A DNA stretch of 64,000 nucleotides from Candidatus Parcubacteria bacterium (GTDB taxonomy: Bacteria; Patescibacteriota; Patescibacteriia; Patescibacteriales; UBA12075). A program made the translations under genes and the position numbers. Location: contig JAGLJW010000022.1 in assembly GCA_023142215.1 (NCBI GenBank), positions 3,315-67,314 of the forward strand, in the 5' to 3' direction. This document shows, piece by piece, positions 20,080 to 31,310 of this stretch; positions within the stretch are counted from its first letter, which is position 1; the number at the start of each line of letters is the position of its first letter. The notes under the pieces were generated by a model, which saw only the letters and a program-made list of their open reading frames with translations, searched no databases and had not been told where the DNA came from.

Positions 20080-20370
20080 TCAAAGAATTCTTCTCACTTT
20101 CACCTGTCCATCCTCTAACTCAGGTGCTTGATTTAATGCATTTTGTCTTTCTTCATCATCCCAAACTTTTACCTCATCTTCACGATAAACATTTTCAAGA
20201 CCCGTAACTTGGGCTGTTGGCTCAACACCTTCAACATCAACTTCAGATAATTGATCAATATAGCTCAAAATATCAGAAAGTTGATTTCCATATTTTTCTT
20301 TTTCTTCTTCAGATAAATCCAATCTAGCCAAATCAGCTATCTTTTGAATCTCCTCTTTTTCTAACTTCAT
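20080..20370 (-). CDS. gatC: Glu-tRNA(Gln)/Asp-tRNA(Asn) amidotransferase subunit C
   Basis: 96 aa with IQKIADLARLDLSEEEKEKY...LSYIDQL. It ends on TGA. Confidence 0.9.
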   Translation of the reverse strand: MKLEKEEIQKIADLARLDLSEEEKEKYGNQLSDILSYIDQLSEVDVEGVEPTAQVTGLENVYREDEVKVWDDEERQNALNQAPELEDGQVKVRRIL

Positions 20371-20380
20371 ATAATAAAAA

Positions 20381-22543
<2,163 letters not shown>

Positions 22544-22614
22544 CTATCATTTTATCTCGCAAAAAATAATAATTAGAAAACTTAACATTATAATTACAGT
22601 ATTAATTATTTTTT

Positions 22615-23082
22615 TTATTGCCAAGACAATTCAACTGTTCTTTTAATATCATGAAATCTTCCTTTATTTATTAACGTCATAACACCACTCACTAGATTAT
22701 ATTTATATTCTATTTCATAATAATATTCAATATCAATACCTAATAATTGCTCAGAGTCTACACAAGAATAAGCAGCATCACAAGCATTAACTGTTGAACT
22801 ATCATTTGCATTACCAGTAAAGCAAACTTCACAATCATCAGTATTTAATATCAATGTCTCAATAATTCCACCACTCCTTCTTGTTTCATATAAAATTTTT
22901 TCTGCTCCTGCCTCTGCTGCAAAATATGCTTTTGCTGATTCAACTTGGGTTTGACTAATTTTTATTCCACTATTTACAATATTACTGGAAATAATAACAG
23001 CAATCAAAACGCTGAACAATAAAGTTGATACAATCATTATTGAAATACTTCCTCTATTATCTTGTACAATTTTTTTATACAT
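22615..23082 (-). CDS. PilX-like minor pilus protein (N-terminal hydrophobic helix, no E5)
   Basis: 155 aa with GSISIMIVSTLLFSVLIAVII. It is the last gene of the minor-pilin string. The call rests on position and topology only. Confidence 0.4.
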   Translation of the reverse strand: MYKKIVQDNRGSISIMIVSTLLFSVLIAVIISSNIVNSGIKISQTQVESAKAYFAAEAGAEKILYETRRSGGIIETLILNTDDCEVCFTGNANDSSTVNACDAAYSCVDSEQLLGIDIEYYYEIEYKYNLVSGVMTLINKGRFHDIKRTVELSWQ

Positions 23083-23093
23083 TAACTTTATAA

Positions 23094-23699
23094 TTAATAT
23101 GAATAATATCTTGCCGACACTGTGGTTTGCATTGTTAATTTATTCACAAATCCACCAGTAGTTATTTCATAATCCATTTTTATTGTTACTTTTGGTTGTA
23201 CAGAATAATCAGTTGAATCAACAACTTTAAATTTTAAATCTGTTATTTTAACACTTTCTGGCAACATTAGACCATTTGCAGAATTTGTTCCATCTTCCAT
23301 AATTCTTTCAATCTTAAAATTTCCAGTATCTAAGGAATACTTCACACATTCTTTGTCTTTGTTTTTAAAATATAATTCAGTGCCAGTAACATTCCCTATA
23401 TTATTATCAACATGAAACACTCTATTTGGATTAACTCCTACAGTTAAAGCATACCGCGTATCACTACAAATATTTGTAAATCTTTTAGCCATTCTAATTT
23501 CTTTACTAATAACCTCAAAAAGATATCTAATACTTTCCTGTCCATTTTGTCCTCCAATAATTTTTTTTTGTCCTATTAATACTTGTTGAAATATTAAGGA
23601 TGATAAAGTAATAACCACAACAAAAATAGATAAGGCTACAATTATCTCAGTAATAGAATATCCTAATTGATTTTTTATTTCTCTCATGTTTATTTCCAA
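23094..23699 (-). CDS. Minor pilin with prepilin-type N-terminal cleavage/methylation motif (PilW-like by position)
   Basis: KNQLG|YSITEIIVALSIFVVV. Confidence 0.55.
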   Translation of the reverse strand: MEINMREIKNQLGYSITEIIVALSIFVVVITLSSLIFQQVLIGQKKIIGGQNGQESIRYLFEVISKEIRMAKRFTNICSDTRYALTVGVNPNRVFHVDNNIGNVTGTELYFKNKDKECVKYSLDTGNFKIERIMEDGTNSANGLMLPESVKITDLKFKVVDSTDYSVQPKVTIKMDYEITTGGFVNKLTMQTTVSARYYSY

Positions 23700-24250
23700 T
23701 TAAACAACATTGTTTTTATTGTATAATTATGAATTATATTATTTTGCGTCCATTGTACTTCTGATGTTAATTTTAAACTTTCTTCATCACCATCACCTTC
23801 AATATCATTTTCCAAAACAGTGATTAATCTTGAAAATGGTGTTGTTGTACCAGTATTATCATGATTATAAAAACCATTTTTTATATACAATTTAGCACCT
23901 GAAGCATTTATAATATTTACACTACCGTCAATTCCTATCTCTTGAATTATATAATTGTTACCATTTGCAACTTGTAAAATATCATCTGCACCACCAGAAA
24001 CTGTTCCTTCCCGCCAATCATTATCATCAATCCAATTCTGGTCTCTAATATTTCTAAGCAATTCAACTCCTTCCTGTGCTAGCATTGAAGCTATTAATTT
24101 ATTTTTTGTATAATTTTGTATTTGGATGTTTTGAATTAATAGACTAGATAATCCAACTACTCCAATTGCAAGGATAGACAAAGCAAAAAGCACTTCAATT
24201 ATTGAAAAACCTTCTTGCTTTGAATTAAACTGGAAAAATTTACTCAACAT
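23690..24250 (-). CDS. Minor pilin (PilV-like)
   Basis: KQEG|FSIIEVLFALSILAIGVVGL. Confidence 0.6.
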   Translation of the reverse strand: MLSKFFQFNSKQEGFSIIEVLFALSILAIGVVGLSSLLIQNIQIQNYTKNKLIASMLAQEGVELLRNIRDQNWIDDNDWREGTVSGGADDILQVANGNNYIIQEIGIDGSVNIINASGAKLYIKNGFYNHDNTGTTTPFSRLITVLENDIEGDGDEESLKLTSEVQWTQNNIIHNYTIKTMLFNWK

Positions 24251-24863
24251 CTATTAAGCCAAAATTATTAAACTTGATTATTTTAATTTCACCTTTTGTA
24301 TTTTGAATTTCAACATTTGAAAAATTTGGTGTAGTATTTGCCGTAGCACTACAATTTGTACTACCTGTCACAATAACTTTAGGCACTGGTGGTTTATAAA
24401 CTAATGATGTTTCATCACAATTTTGATTAGCAACCATGCTAGCACCTACTGGATACCAATTATTTTTTACGATAATTCCTTTCGGTAATATTATCAATTC
24501 ATAATCTTCATCACCATCACTACCATCACCGTCACCATCACCATCGTAAGTACCATTATCATTCATGTCAGCAAAAATAATTAATTTATTATTATTTGTA
24601 ATATCAAAATAAATACCCCATCCACCATCTGGAATATTGCCAGAAACATCCTCTTTGGAAGCTAAAGCATAATTCTGCACTCTTCTGATATTACTCACTA
24701 TCTCTTGAGTTGCCATATTTAAATTAGCACTTTTCCTATACTGATTATAATTTATTAAAAAAACAGAAGTAATCACGACTATAACACCAACACTTACCAG
24801 TAGCTCAACAAGCGTAAAACCTCCTTTTTGTGTTATTAATTTGTACTTATTATAATTTTTCAT
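24240..24863 (-). CDS. Minor pilin (FimT/GspH-like) with an acidic DG-rich insert
   Basis: QKGG|FTLVELLVSVGVIVVI. The insert reads ADMNDNGTYDGDGDGDGSDGDEDYE. Confidence 0.55.
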   Translation of the reverse strand: MKNYNKYKLITQKGGFTLVELLVSVGVIVVITSVFLINYNQYRKSANLNMATQEIVSNIRRVQNYALASKEDVSGNIPDGGWGIYFDITNNNKLIIFADMNDNGTYDGDGDGDGSDGDEDYELIILPKGIIVKNNWYPVGASMVANQNCDETSLVYKPPVPKVIVTGSTNCSATANTTPNFSNVEIQNTKGEIKIIKFNNFGLIDVE

Positions 24864-25678
24864 TAATAAAGAAGATTAAAATACCAATTACTTATTCTTT
24901 CTCCCCAAAATAAAGTAATTATTGCTGAAGTTGTTAAAAAAATTCCCATTGGAACTTTAGAGCCCCATTCTTTTTTCTGCTTAATAATTAAACTGATCCC
25001 TATTATCGAACCCAAAATATAAGCTATTATTAAAGCAATGATAATATTCGGCCAACCCAAAATAATACCTAGTAAAAAACCAAGACGAATATCTCCTCCG
25101 CCAATCCATCTCCCATTAGAAATAATAAATTGAATTAGAAAGAAACCTCCACCAACAGTTGCAGCAAGTAACATTCCACTCCAGCTCACACCAAGAATTA
25201 AATTACTTATAAATATAATGAAAATTGCAGGTAATGTAATTTTATCTAAAATTAGATACCACCGAAGATCATAAACAAAAATAATAATTAATATTGAAAT
25301 AACAAAAAAATCTCTAAACATATAACTCATAGCCTGTAACTCATAACATTCATTCGTATTAAAATAAAAAGAAACTGCAAATAACAAAGCTGTTACAAAT
25401 TCAACTATTGGATATTGCATTGAAATATTCGTTTTACAATTTCGGCATTTTGCTTTTAAAATAATATAGCTAATTAGTGGAATATTATCATACCAAACAA
25501 TTTTTTTGTTACATTTGCAACAATGTGATCTATTCCATAATCCTTCACCAGTATGTAATCGCCAAATTAAACAATTTAAAAAAGAACCTATTATTAGGCC
25601 AAAGATAAAAATATAACATAAAAGTAATATTTGCATAAAATTATTAGAACTGTCACCGAACATCACATTACATTCCAC
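24863..25678 (-). CDS. pilD: Prepilin peptidase/N-methyltransferase (A24 family)
   Basis: Cys box CCKCNKKI...CRNCK, polytopic membrane layout, and active-site-like IGGGDIRLG. The start may be the Met at 25663. Confidence 0.85.
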   Translation of the reverse strand: MECNVMFGDSSNNFMQILLLCYIFIFGLIIGSFLNCLIWRLHTGEGLWNRSHCCKCNKKIVWYDNIPLISYIILKAKCRNCKTNISMQYPIVEFVTALLFAVSFYFNTNECYELQAMSYMFRDFFVISILIIIFVYDLRWYLILDKITLPAIFIIFISNLILGVSWSGMLLAATVGGGFFLIQFIISNGRWIGGGDIRLGFLLGIILGWPNIIIALIIAYILGSIIGISLIIKQKKEWGSKVPMGIFLTTSAIITLFWGERISNWYFNLLY

Positions 25679-26102
25679 TTGGAGTCGCTATATGAGCACC
25701 TTTATTTAATCCTGAAGAATTTCCTTCAAGTGAATATTTTATTTCATACCAAGTCGCATTATCTTGCCCTAAAGCACATCTGTATTCACCAGAGCCTATG
25801 CATGGTATATAATAATAAGCTGAACCATTTGGATCTGAAGGCACATTTGCTAAATAAACTGCACCATCACACTCATGACCGCTGATACTATTGCCAGCAT
25901 TAACAGCAATAGGATATTTATTACAATTATAATAATAAAGTGATAAAGCACTTTTGATTATAGAAATATCAGCCACACGCTTCATGTCTCTAGTATCTCT
26001 TCTGGCATTATTTAAAGCAACAACAGCAAAAGCTGCTATTATTCCAAAAATGGACAAAGCTACCAATAATTCCATTAAAGTAAAACCTGCTTGTTTTTTC
26101 AT
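25668..26102 (-). CDS. Type IV pilin/pseudopilin (second pilin)
   Basis: KKQAG|FTLMELLVALSIFGIIAA, with 4 Cys in the C-terminal half. Confidence 0.75.
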   Translation of the reverse strand: MKKQAGFTLMELLVALSIFGIIAAFAVVALNNARRDTRDMKRVADISIIKSALSLYYYNCNKYPIAVNAGNSISGHECDGAVYLANVPSDPNGSAYYYIPCIGSGEYRCALGQDNATWYEIKYSLEGNSSGLNKGAHIATPSGM

Positions 26103-26174
26103 AGAAATATATTCAAATTGATAATATTACTTTTATTATATCAAATATTTCAATTAATTAAAAGACCCCTAAAT

Positions 26175-26260
26175 ACCATCATAATTGATAAAACACCAAT
26201 AACAGCTAACAATTAATAATTTAAAACCGTAAAACCTTTTTGTTTATAATTTTCTTTCAT
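26175..26260 (-). pseudogene. Remnant of a pilin N-terminus
   Basis: The minus strand reads ATG AAA GAA AAT TAT AAA CAA AAA GGT TTT ACG GTT TTA AAT TAT TAA (MKENYKQKGFTVLNY*). Out-of-frame LLAVIGVLSIM-like codons follow. Compare pilA, MKKFNNKGFTLIELLVVIAIIGVLSTM. Confidence 0.45.
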
Positions 26261-26289
26261 ATTTATATTATAACATAATTTTTTATATT

Positions 26290-26320
26290 AAAAAACACAG
26301 TCCTCTCTCAAGAACTGTGT
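26290..26320 (-). terminator. Rho-independent terminator downstream of pilA
   Basis: The minus strand has ACACAGT-loop-ACTGTGT followed by TTTTTT. It lies 15 nt after the pilA stop. Confidence 0.65.
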
Positions 26321-26334
26321 TTTGTATAAAAAAA

Positions 26335-26892
26335 CTATAACGATGTTCCTAGACAAAAAGTTGGTCCATTAACACCATCAACATCACCAGCAATAGCATC
26401 AGTACAATTAACAACTGCACTTGGAATAGCACCGTCGCTGCAAACACACTCAGCAACAACATAACTAGTAGTAACTCCGTCCATATCTCCCTCAAAAGTT
26501 TTAGCAGTTGCTTCTGCAACCGCTGCTATTAAATAATCAGCAGTCGTACCATCTCTACAATAACAAAATCTTCTATTAGCATCTCCAGATGGATCATCAG
26601 GCATACCACCTTGGATATAACTTCCAATAAGTGCTTGCAAGGATGTTCCAACGGTACCATCACCCCAATCATCACCCAATGTAATAGTAATAGCTGGTGG
26701 ATTACCAGTATCAGCAATATACATTTCAACAGCTGTTCTGATTGAATTTACAGCTGTAATTCTCTTAGTATCTCTAGCCTTTTCTTGAGCAGATCTAACA
26801 TTAATAATCGCCATAGTTGATAAAACACCGATAATAGCAATTACAACTAATAATTCAATCAAAGTAAAACCTTTATTATTAAATTTTTTCAT
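26335..26892 (-). CDS. pilA: Major type IV pilin
   Basis: MKKFNNKG|FTLIELLVVIAIIGVLSTMAI. A strong SD (AAGGATGG) lies upstream. It has its own terminator, visibly less AT-rich codon usage than its neighbours, and 6 Cys in the C-terminal part. Confidence 0.8.
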   Translation of the reverse strand: MKKFNNKGFTLIELLVVIAIIGVLSTMAIINVRSAQEKARDTKRITAVNSIRTAVEMYIADTGNPPAITITLGDDWGDGTVGTSLQALIGSYIQGGMPDDPSGDANRRFCYCRDGTTADYLIAAVAEATAKTFEGDMDGVTTSYVVAECVCSDGAIPSAVVNCTDAIAGDVDGVNGPTFCLGTSL

Positions 26893-27070
26893 TCATTTTT
26901 CACCATCCTTTCTATTATTTCATAATTCTTTTTGGCTTAATTCTAGAAATTAAAACAACAAGAAATGTGAGAAATCAATTAAAAATTAAAATATAAACCT
27001 CAACAATTAGATATTTCAAAAATACTATTTTTTAATTTTTATATTTTAATTTTCAAACTTAGTTATCCAC

Positions 27071-27105
27071 ATTATACCATGAATTGACAAAAGTTTAAAA
27101 TTAAA
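27071..27105 (-). promoter_or_regulatory. Candidate pilA promoter (extended -10, TGGTATAAT on the minus strand)
   Basis: The plus strand reads ATTATACCA at 27071-27079. A weak -35 (TTTAAA) lies 17 nt upstream. This would give a leader of about 175 nt. Confidence 0.3.
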
Positions 27106-28311
27106 TTAAAAACTTTGTGTTACTTGAAGCATTGGCATAAAAATTGAAGCTACCATAAAACCAACACTAAGACCCATTACAATCATAATAACTGGCTCCA
27201 TTAAACTCATTAAATTATCAGTAATATTGTTAATTTCACGAGAATAAAAATCTGTAATTCTCCCTAATACAGTATCTAATCTACCTGTTTTTTCACCGAC
27301 ACCTATCATGTGCGAAACCATTCTTGGAACTTCTTTGTGGTCAATGAACACACTAGAGATTGAAGCACCATCTTCAATTTTAGTTCTAGTTTCTAGAATA
27401 ATTGTTCTGTAAACATCATTACTCACTACATCACCAGCAATACCTAATGCCTTATTAATTGTTACTCCACCAACTAAAAGAGTTGACATTGAACGAGTAA
27501 ATCTGACTAAATAAATTCTGCTAAAAAGCTTTCCGAAAATTGGTAATTTTAATAAAACATGATCACAAATTTTTCTCCCCGTTGGTGATTTAAAAAACAT
27601 TCTCGTTAAAACAATAACAGCAACAACCACAACTAACACTAACCACCAAAAAGCTATCAAAAAGTCTGAAGCTGCTACCATTATTTTAGTTGTTATCGGT
27701 AACTCTGCCCCATTTAAATCAAGCATTTTTGTGAGCTCAGGAACTACAAAAATCATCATTAATACTCCAATTATTAACATGGCTACAATTACAAAAATCG
27801 GATAAATCATAGCACCTTTAATCTTACTAGTCATGTCGTAATCTTTTTCGAGCTCATCAGCTAAATAATTTAAAACTTCATCCAACTTACCAGACGTTTC
27901 ACCAGATCTAACAATACTTATATAAAAACTAGAAAAAATATCTTTCTTTTTCTCTAAAGCATCAGACAATCGTTCACCATTATCAACATCATCTGCAATC
28001 TCAAGAATAATCATTTTAAACTTTTTATTATCTGTTTGTTCAACTAAAAGACGTAAAGCATTTACTAAAGCAACACTAGCAGAAATCAAAACAGAAAATT
28101 GTCTAGTAAAAATTACAAGCTCTTTTGTACCAACTCTTTGTAAAAATAAATCAATATTTTTTATTCCTCTATGTTTCTGCTCCACTAAAGAAATGACTAC
28201 TAAACCTTTTTCACGAATTACATCCGCTGCAATAGCTTCTGAATTAGCTTCTACGAATCCAGAAATTGATTTATTTTTATCTTTTAGTGCTTTATATTTA
28301 TAAATTGGCAT
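27106..28311 (-). CDS. pilC: Type IV pilus platform protein (GspF/PilC family)
   Basis: 401 aa with two GspF repeats, each carrying the GE(T/K)(S/T)G.LD motif (SGETSGKLDEVL and VGEKTGRLDTVL), and 3 TM segments. Confidence 0.9.
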   Translation of the reverse strand: MPIYKYKALKDKNKSISGFVEANSEAIAADVIREKGLVVISLVEQKHRGIKNIDLFLQRVGTKELVIFTRQFSVLISASVALVNALRLLVEQTDNKKFKMIILEIADDVDNGERLSDALEKKKDIFSSFYISIVRSGETSGKLDEVLNYLADELEKDYDMTSKIKGAMIYPIFVIVAMLIIGVLMMIFVVPELTKMLDLNGAELPITTKIMVAASDFLIAFWWLVLVVVVAVIVLTRMFFKSPTGRKICDHVLLKLPIFGKLFSRIYLVRFTRSMSTLLVGGVTINKALGIAGDVVSNDVYRTIILETRTKIEDGASISSVFIDHKEVPRMVSHMIGVGEKTGRLDTVLGRITDFYSREINNITDNLMSLMEPVIMIVMGLSVGFMVASIFMPMLQVTQSF

Positions 28312-28395
28312 TGAATCACAAAATTGTCATTTCTAATTGAATTCAGGATAAACTTAGTGTTTATTCCTCGCAATGACAAAGATTATATATTAAAT

Positions 28396-29412
28396 TTATA
28401 TCTCACCATTCTTTATAAGTGTATCAATTGATTTTTTCATACTTCTCATTCCATCATTACCGGAAGATTCTATTACATTTTTAATTTGGTTTAATTTCCC
28501 TTCCCTTATTAAAGATTTTATGGCTGAATTATTTATTAATAATTCATAAGCCATTACCATTTCTCCGCCCACTTTTGGAAATAAATCTTGGACTAATATA
28601 CCCTGCAAAACATCAGCTAAACAATATCTTGCAGCTTCTTTTGACATTGTTTTGTAAGATGCACTTAAAATTCTTTCCAAAACATTTACAGAGTTATTAC
28701 TGTTTAGTTCTAAAATTACCAATGAATTTCCAGCAGCTAAATTCATAATTATAGGCATAGCTGAATTAAAATCTTGCTCAATGCTTGAAACATAAATCAA
28801 ATCAACATCTTCTTCAAGACAATAAGAAAGAGCGGAAGAAAAAGAATTTGAGTCTATACCAACTTGTCTTTGATTAATAACAGATTTTTGACTAATAAAA
28901 ATTTGCTCAATTGGATCTTCAATAGTGATAATATACTTATATTGTTCCCTGTTTATTTTATCAATAAAAGAAGCAATGGTTGATGTCTTTCCAGATGAAA
29001 AAGGTCCAACAACAACAATTAAACCAGATTTCAAACTAACAAAGTCAGTAAATGATGTTGGTAAATTTAGTTCATTCAATTGTCTTATGCTATGAGGAAT
29101 TAAATAAAAAGAGATAGTTGGTAAATTTTTTTGAAAAAATACATTTATTCTAAAACGTAAACCACCAGGAAAATCACGCACCAAAACAACCTCTTTTTCT
29201 CTTTCAATGCTTTTCCATTCTTCATCACTAACAATAGAATTAACAATGCCAGTTAAAGTTTCACGACTAATTATTTCTTCATTCTCCATCGCCAAAAGTT
29301 CACCGTTAACTCTAATCATTGGAAAACTTCCAATTGATAAACGTAAACTGGTAGATTTTTTTCTAACAGCCTCTGATAATATTTTGTTTATAAATATTGA
29401 TATAACTTCCAT
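28396..29412 (-). CDS. PilT-like hexameric ATPase paralog with degenerate catalytic boxes
   Basis: PilT-like length. It has FPMIRVNG, Walker A GPFSSGKTS and Asp box IEDPIE. However, the Walker-B region reads DLIYVSSIEQD and the His box reads AAGNSLVILELNS. Confidence 0.7.
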   Translation of the reverse strand: MEVISIFINKILSEAVRKKSTSLRLSIGSFPMIRVNGELLAMENEEIISRETLTGIVNSIVSDEEWKSIEREKEVVLVRDFPGGLRFRINVFFQKNLPTISFYLIPHSIRQLNELNLPTSFTDFVSLKSGLIVVVGPFSSGKTSTIASFIDKINREQYKYIITIEDPIEQIFISQKSVINQRQVGIDSNSFSSALSYCLEEDVDLIYVSSIEQDFNSAMPIIMNLAAGNSLVILELNSNNSVNVLERILSASYKTMSKEAARYCLADVLQGILVQDLFPKVGGEMVMAYELLINNSAIKSLIREGKLNQIKNVIESSGNDGMRSMKKSIDTLIKNGEI

Positions 29413-29432
29413 TTTAACTAAAAAATAAATAA

Positions 29433-31172
29433 TTAATCTTTCATAACTCTTAAAATTTCATCAATAGTTGTGAAACCTTGCAAGACTTTAATTATACCGT
29501 CCTGCTTCATTGTGATATATTTTTGACTATCATTAACATCTTCAATCGTAATATTTTTTTTACCCTCTGCTATTAAACTTTTTATTTTTTTATTAATATC
29601 TAAAACTTCAACAATAGAAATACGACCAATATATCCACTATTACCACAACTATTACAACCTTTGCCTTTATAATGTTTTAAATTTTTAAAATCAATATCC
29701 TTCACCATTTTTTTGATATAATCTCTACCAATCGTTTCTATATTTTCATTAATCTCTTGCATCATCTTTTCTGGAATTTTAAGCTCTTCTTTACACTTTG
29801 GACAAATTCTTCTAGCTAATCTTTGGGCTATGATCGTATTAAGAGTTGAACTAATTAGAAATGGTTCCACTCCCATATCAACAAAACGAGGAATACTCCC
29901 GATAGCACTGGTGGTATGCAAAGTTGATAAAACGGAATGACCCGTTAATGCAGCGTGAATAGCCAACTCGGCTGTTTCTTCATCACGAATCTCTCCAACC
30001 ATAATAACATCTGGATCTTGACGTAAAAAAGATCGCAAACCAGCTGCAAAAGTATAACCGATTTCAGGTTTAATTTGAGATTGATTAACTCCTTTCATTT
30101 GATACTCAACTGGATCTTCAAGTGTAGAAATATTTATCTTATCTTTATTAATAATTCCTAAAACTGAAAATAGAGTTGTTGATTTACCGCTTCCTGTTGG
30201 ACCAGTCACAAGCATCATACCTTCGGTTTTTTTTAAATTATTAATAACCACATCATATTGTATACCTTGAAAACCTAAATCTTCAAGTTTAGGTGCTCCT
30301 TTATCTGTATTTAAAATTCTCATTACTACTTTTTCAGTTTTTATAAGTGGTAAAATTGAAACACGAAAATCAACATCTTTATCATTAATAGTTATACGAA
30401 TTCTTCCATCTTGTGGAATTCTGGTTTCATCTAATTTTAAACCTGCCATAACTTTAATACGAGCCACAATAGCATTATGGACACTTCTTGGTAACACTAA
30501 AGAGGTTCTAAGAATTCCATCAACACGATAACGTACCCTTGTTTCTCTTTGCAAAGGTTCTATGTGAATATCACTTGCCCCACCTTCAACTGCCTGACGA
30601 ATAATTACCGTTACAATTTTAGTAACAGGTGCACTTTTTGACACATTTTTAGCCTTTACCTCCGCCTCTTCTTTCTCTTCTAAAATTAACGCTTCATCTT
30701 CTTCCCTCCTTTGAAGAGCACTTGATAATTCATTGTCAAGAATCTTATATTGCTTAAAAACATTATTAAAACTATCAATTGAAATTACATAAAAATCAAC
30801 ATGCAAACCTCCTCCTTTGGCTAAAAAATCCACCGCCTCAATTGCTTTAAAATTATCAGGATCTGTAATACCTATTTTTATTATACCACTACTTCTAGAA
30901 AAACAAACAATTTTATAATTTTTTGCAACATCAGATGATATTACATTCAGAATCAATGGATCAACCTGCTCTTCAAGTAAACTAACATAAGGCATATGAA
31001 AAATCTCTGCTTTTAGTTTTGCTAATTCTTCGGTCTGTAAAAGCTTTTTATTAACAATAATATTATCAAATTCTTCACCACCACTTATTAACTCATCAAT
31101 TTCTTTTATTTTTTCATCATCAACTAAACCTTTATCTTTTAATATTTTTAATATTTTTACTTTTTTTTGCAT
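29433..31172 (-). CDS. pilB: Type IV pilus assembly ATPase (GspE/PilB family)
   Basis: T2SE N-terminal domain, Walker A GPTGSGKSTT, EDPVEY, DPDVIMVGEIRD, TGHSVLSTLHT, and tetra-Cys CPKC...CNSC. Confidence 0.9.
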   Translation of the reverse strand: MQKKVKILKILKDKGLVDDEKIKEIDELISGGEEFDNIIVNKKLLQTEELAKLKAEIFHMPYVSLLEEQVDPLILNVISSDVAKNYKIVCFSRSSGIIKIGITDPDNFKAIEAVDFLAKGGGLHVDFYVISIDSFNNVFKQYKILDNELSSALQRREEDEALILEEKEEAEVKAKNVSKSAPVTKIVTVIIRQAVEGGASDIHIEPLQRETRVRYRVDGILRTSLVLPRSVHNAIVARIKVMAGLKLDETRIPQDGRIRITINDKDVDFRVSILPLIKTEKVVMRILNTDKGAPKLEDLGFQGIQYDVVINNLKKTEGMMLVTGPTGSGKSTTLFSVLGIINKDKINISTLEDPVEYQMKGVNQSQIKPEIGYTFAAGLRSFLRQDPDVIMVGEIRDEETAELAIHAALTGHSVLSTLHTTSAIGSIPRFVDMGVEPFLISSTLNTIIAQRLARRICPKCKEELKIPEKMMQEINENIETIGRDYIKKMVKDIDFKNLKHYKGKGCNSCGNSGYIGRISIVEVLDINKKIKSLIAEGKKNITIEDVNDSQKYITMKQDGIIKVLQGFTTIDEILRVMKD

Positions 31173-31216
31173 TGTAATAAATTCTTATTATTATGATAAA
31201 TAATACAACGATACAT

Positions 31217-31260
31217 AGGAACTGTCGCCAAATGTCAGCTTAGACATAAATTTTCAGATT
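31217..31260 (-). repeat. Family-B intergenic motif, copy B
   Basis: The plus strand reads GGAACTGTCGCCAAATGTCAGCTTAGACATAAATTTTCAGATTT. It lies about 45 nt upstream of the pilB start. Confidence 0.55.
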
Positions 31261-31310
31261 TTAACAAATTGGTATTTGATGATAATCCTAAACATTAGAA
31301 TTTTAAACTT

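Noticed and set aside
20080-20082. Alternative genetic code (UGA recoded, as in Gracilibacteria/Absconditabacteria).
   Set aside because: gatC terminates on TGA at the expected ~96 aa. Long ORFs with full-length family signatures are obtained with the standard code throughout.
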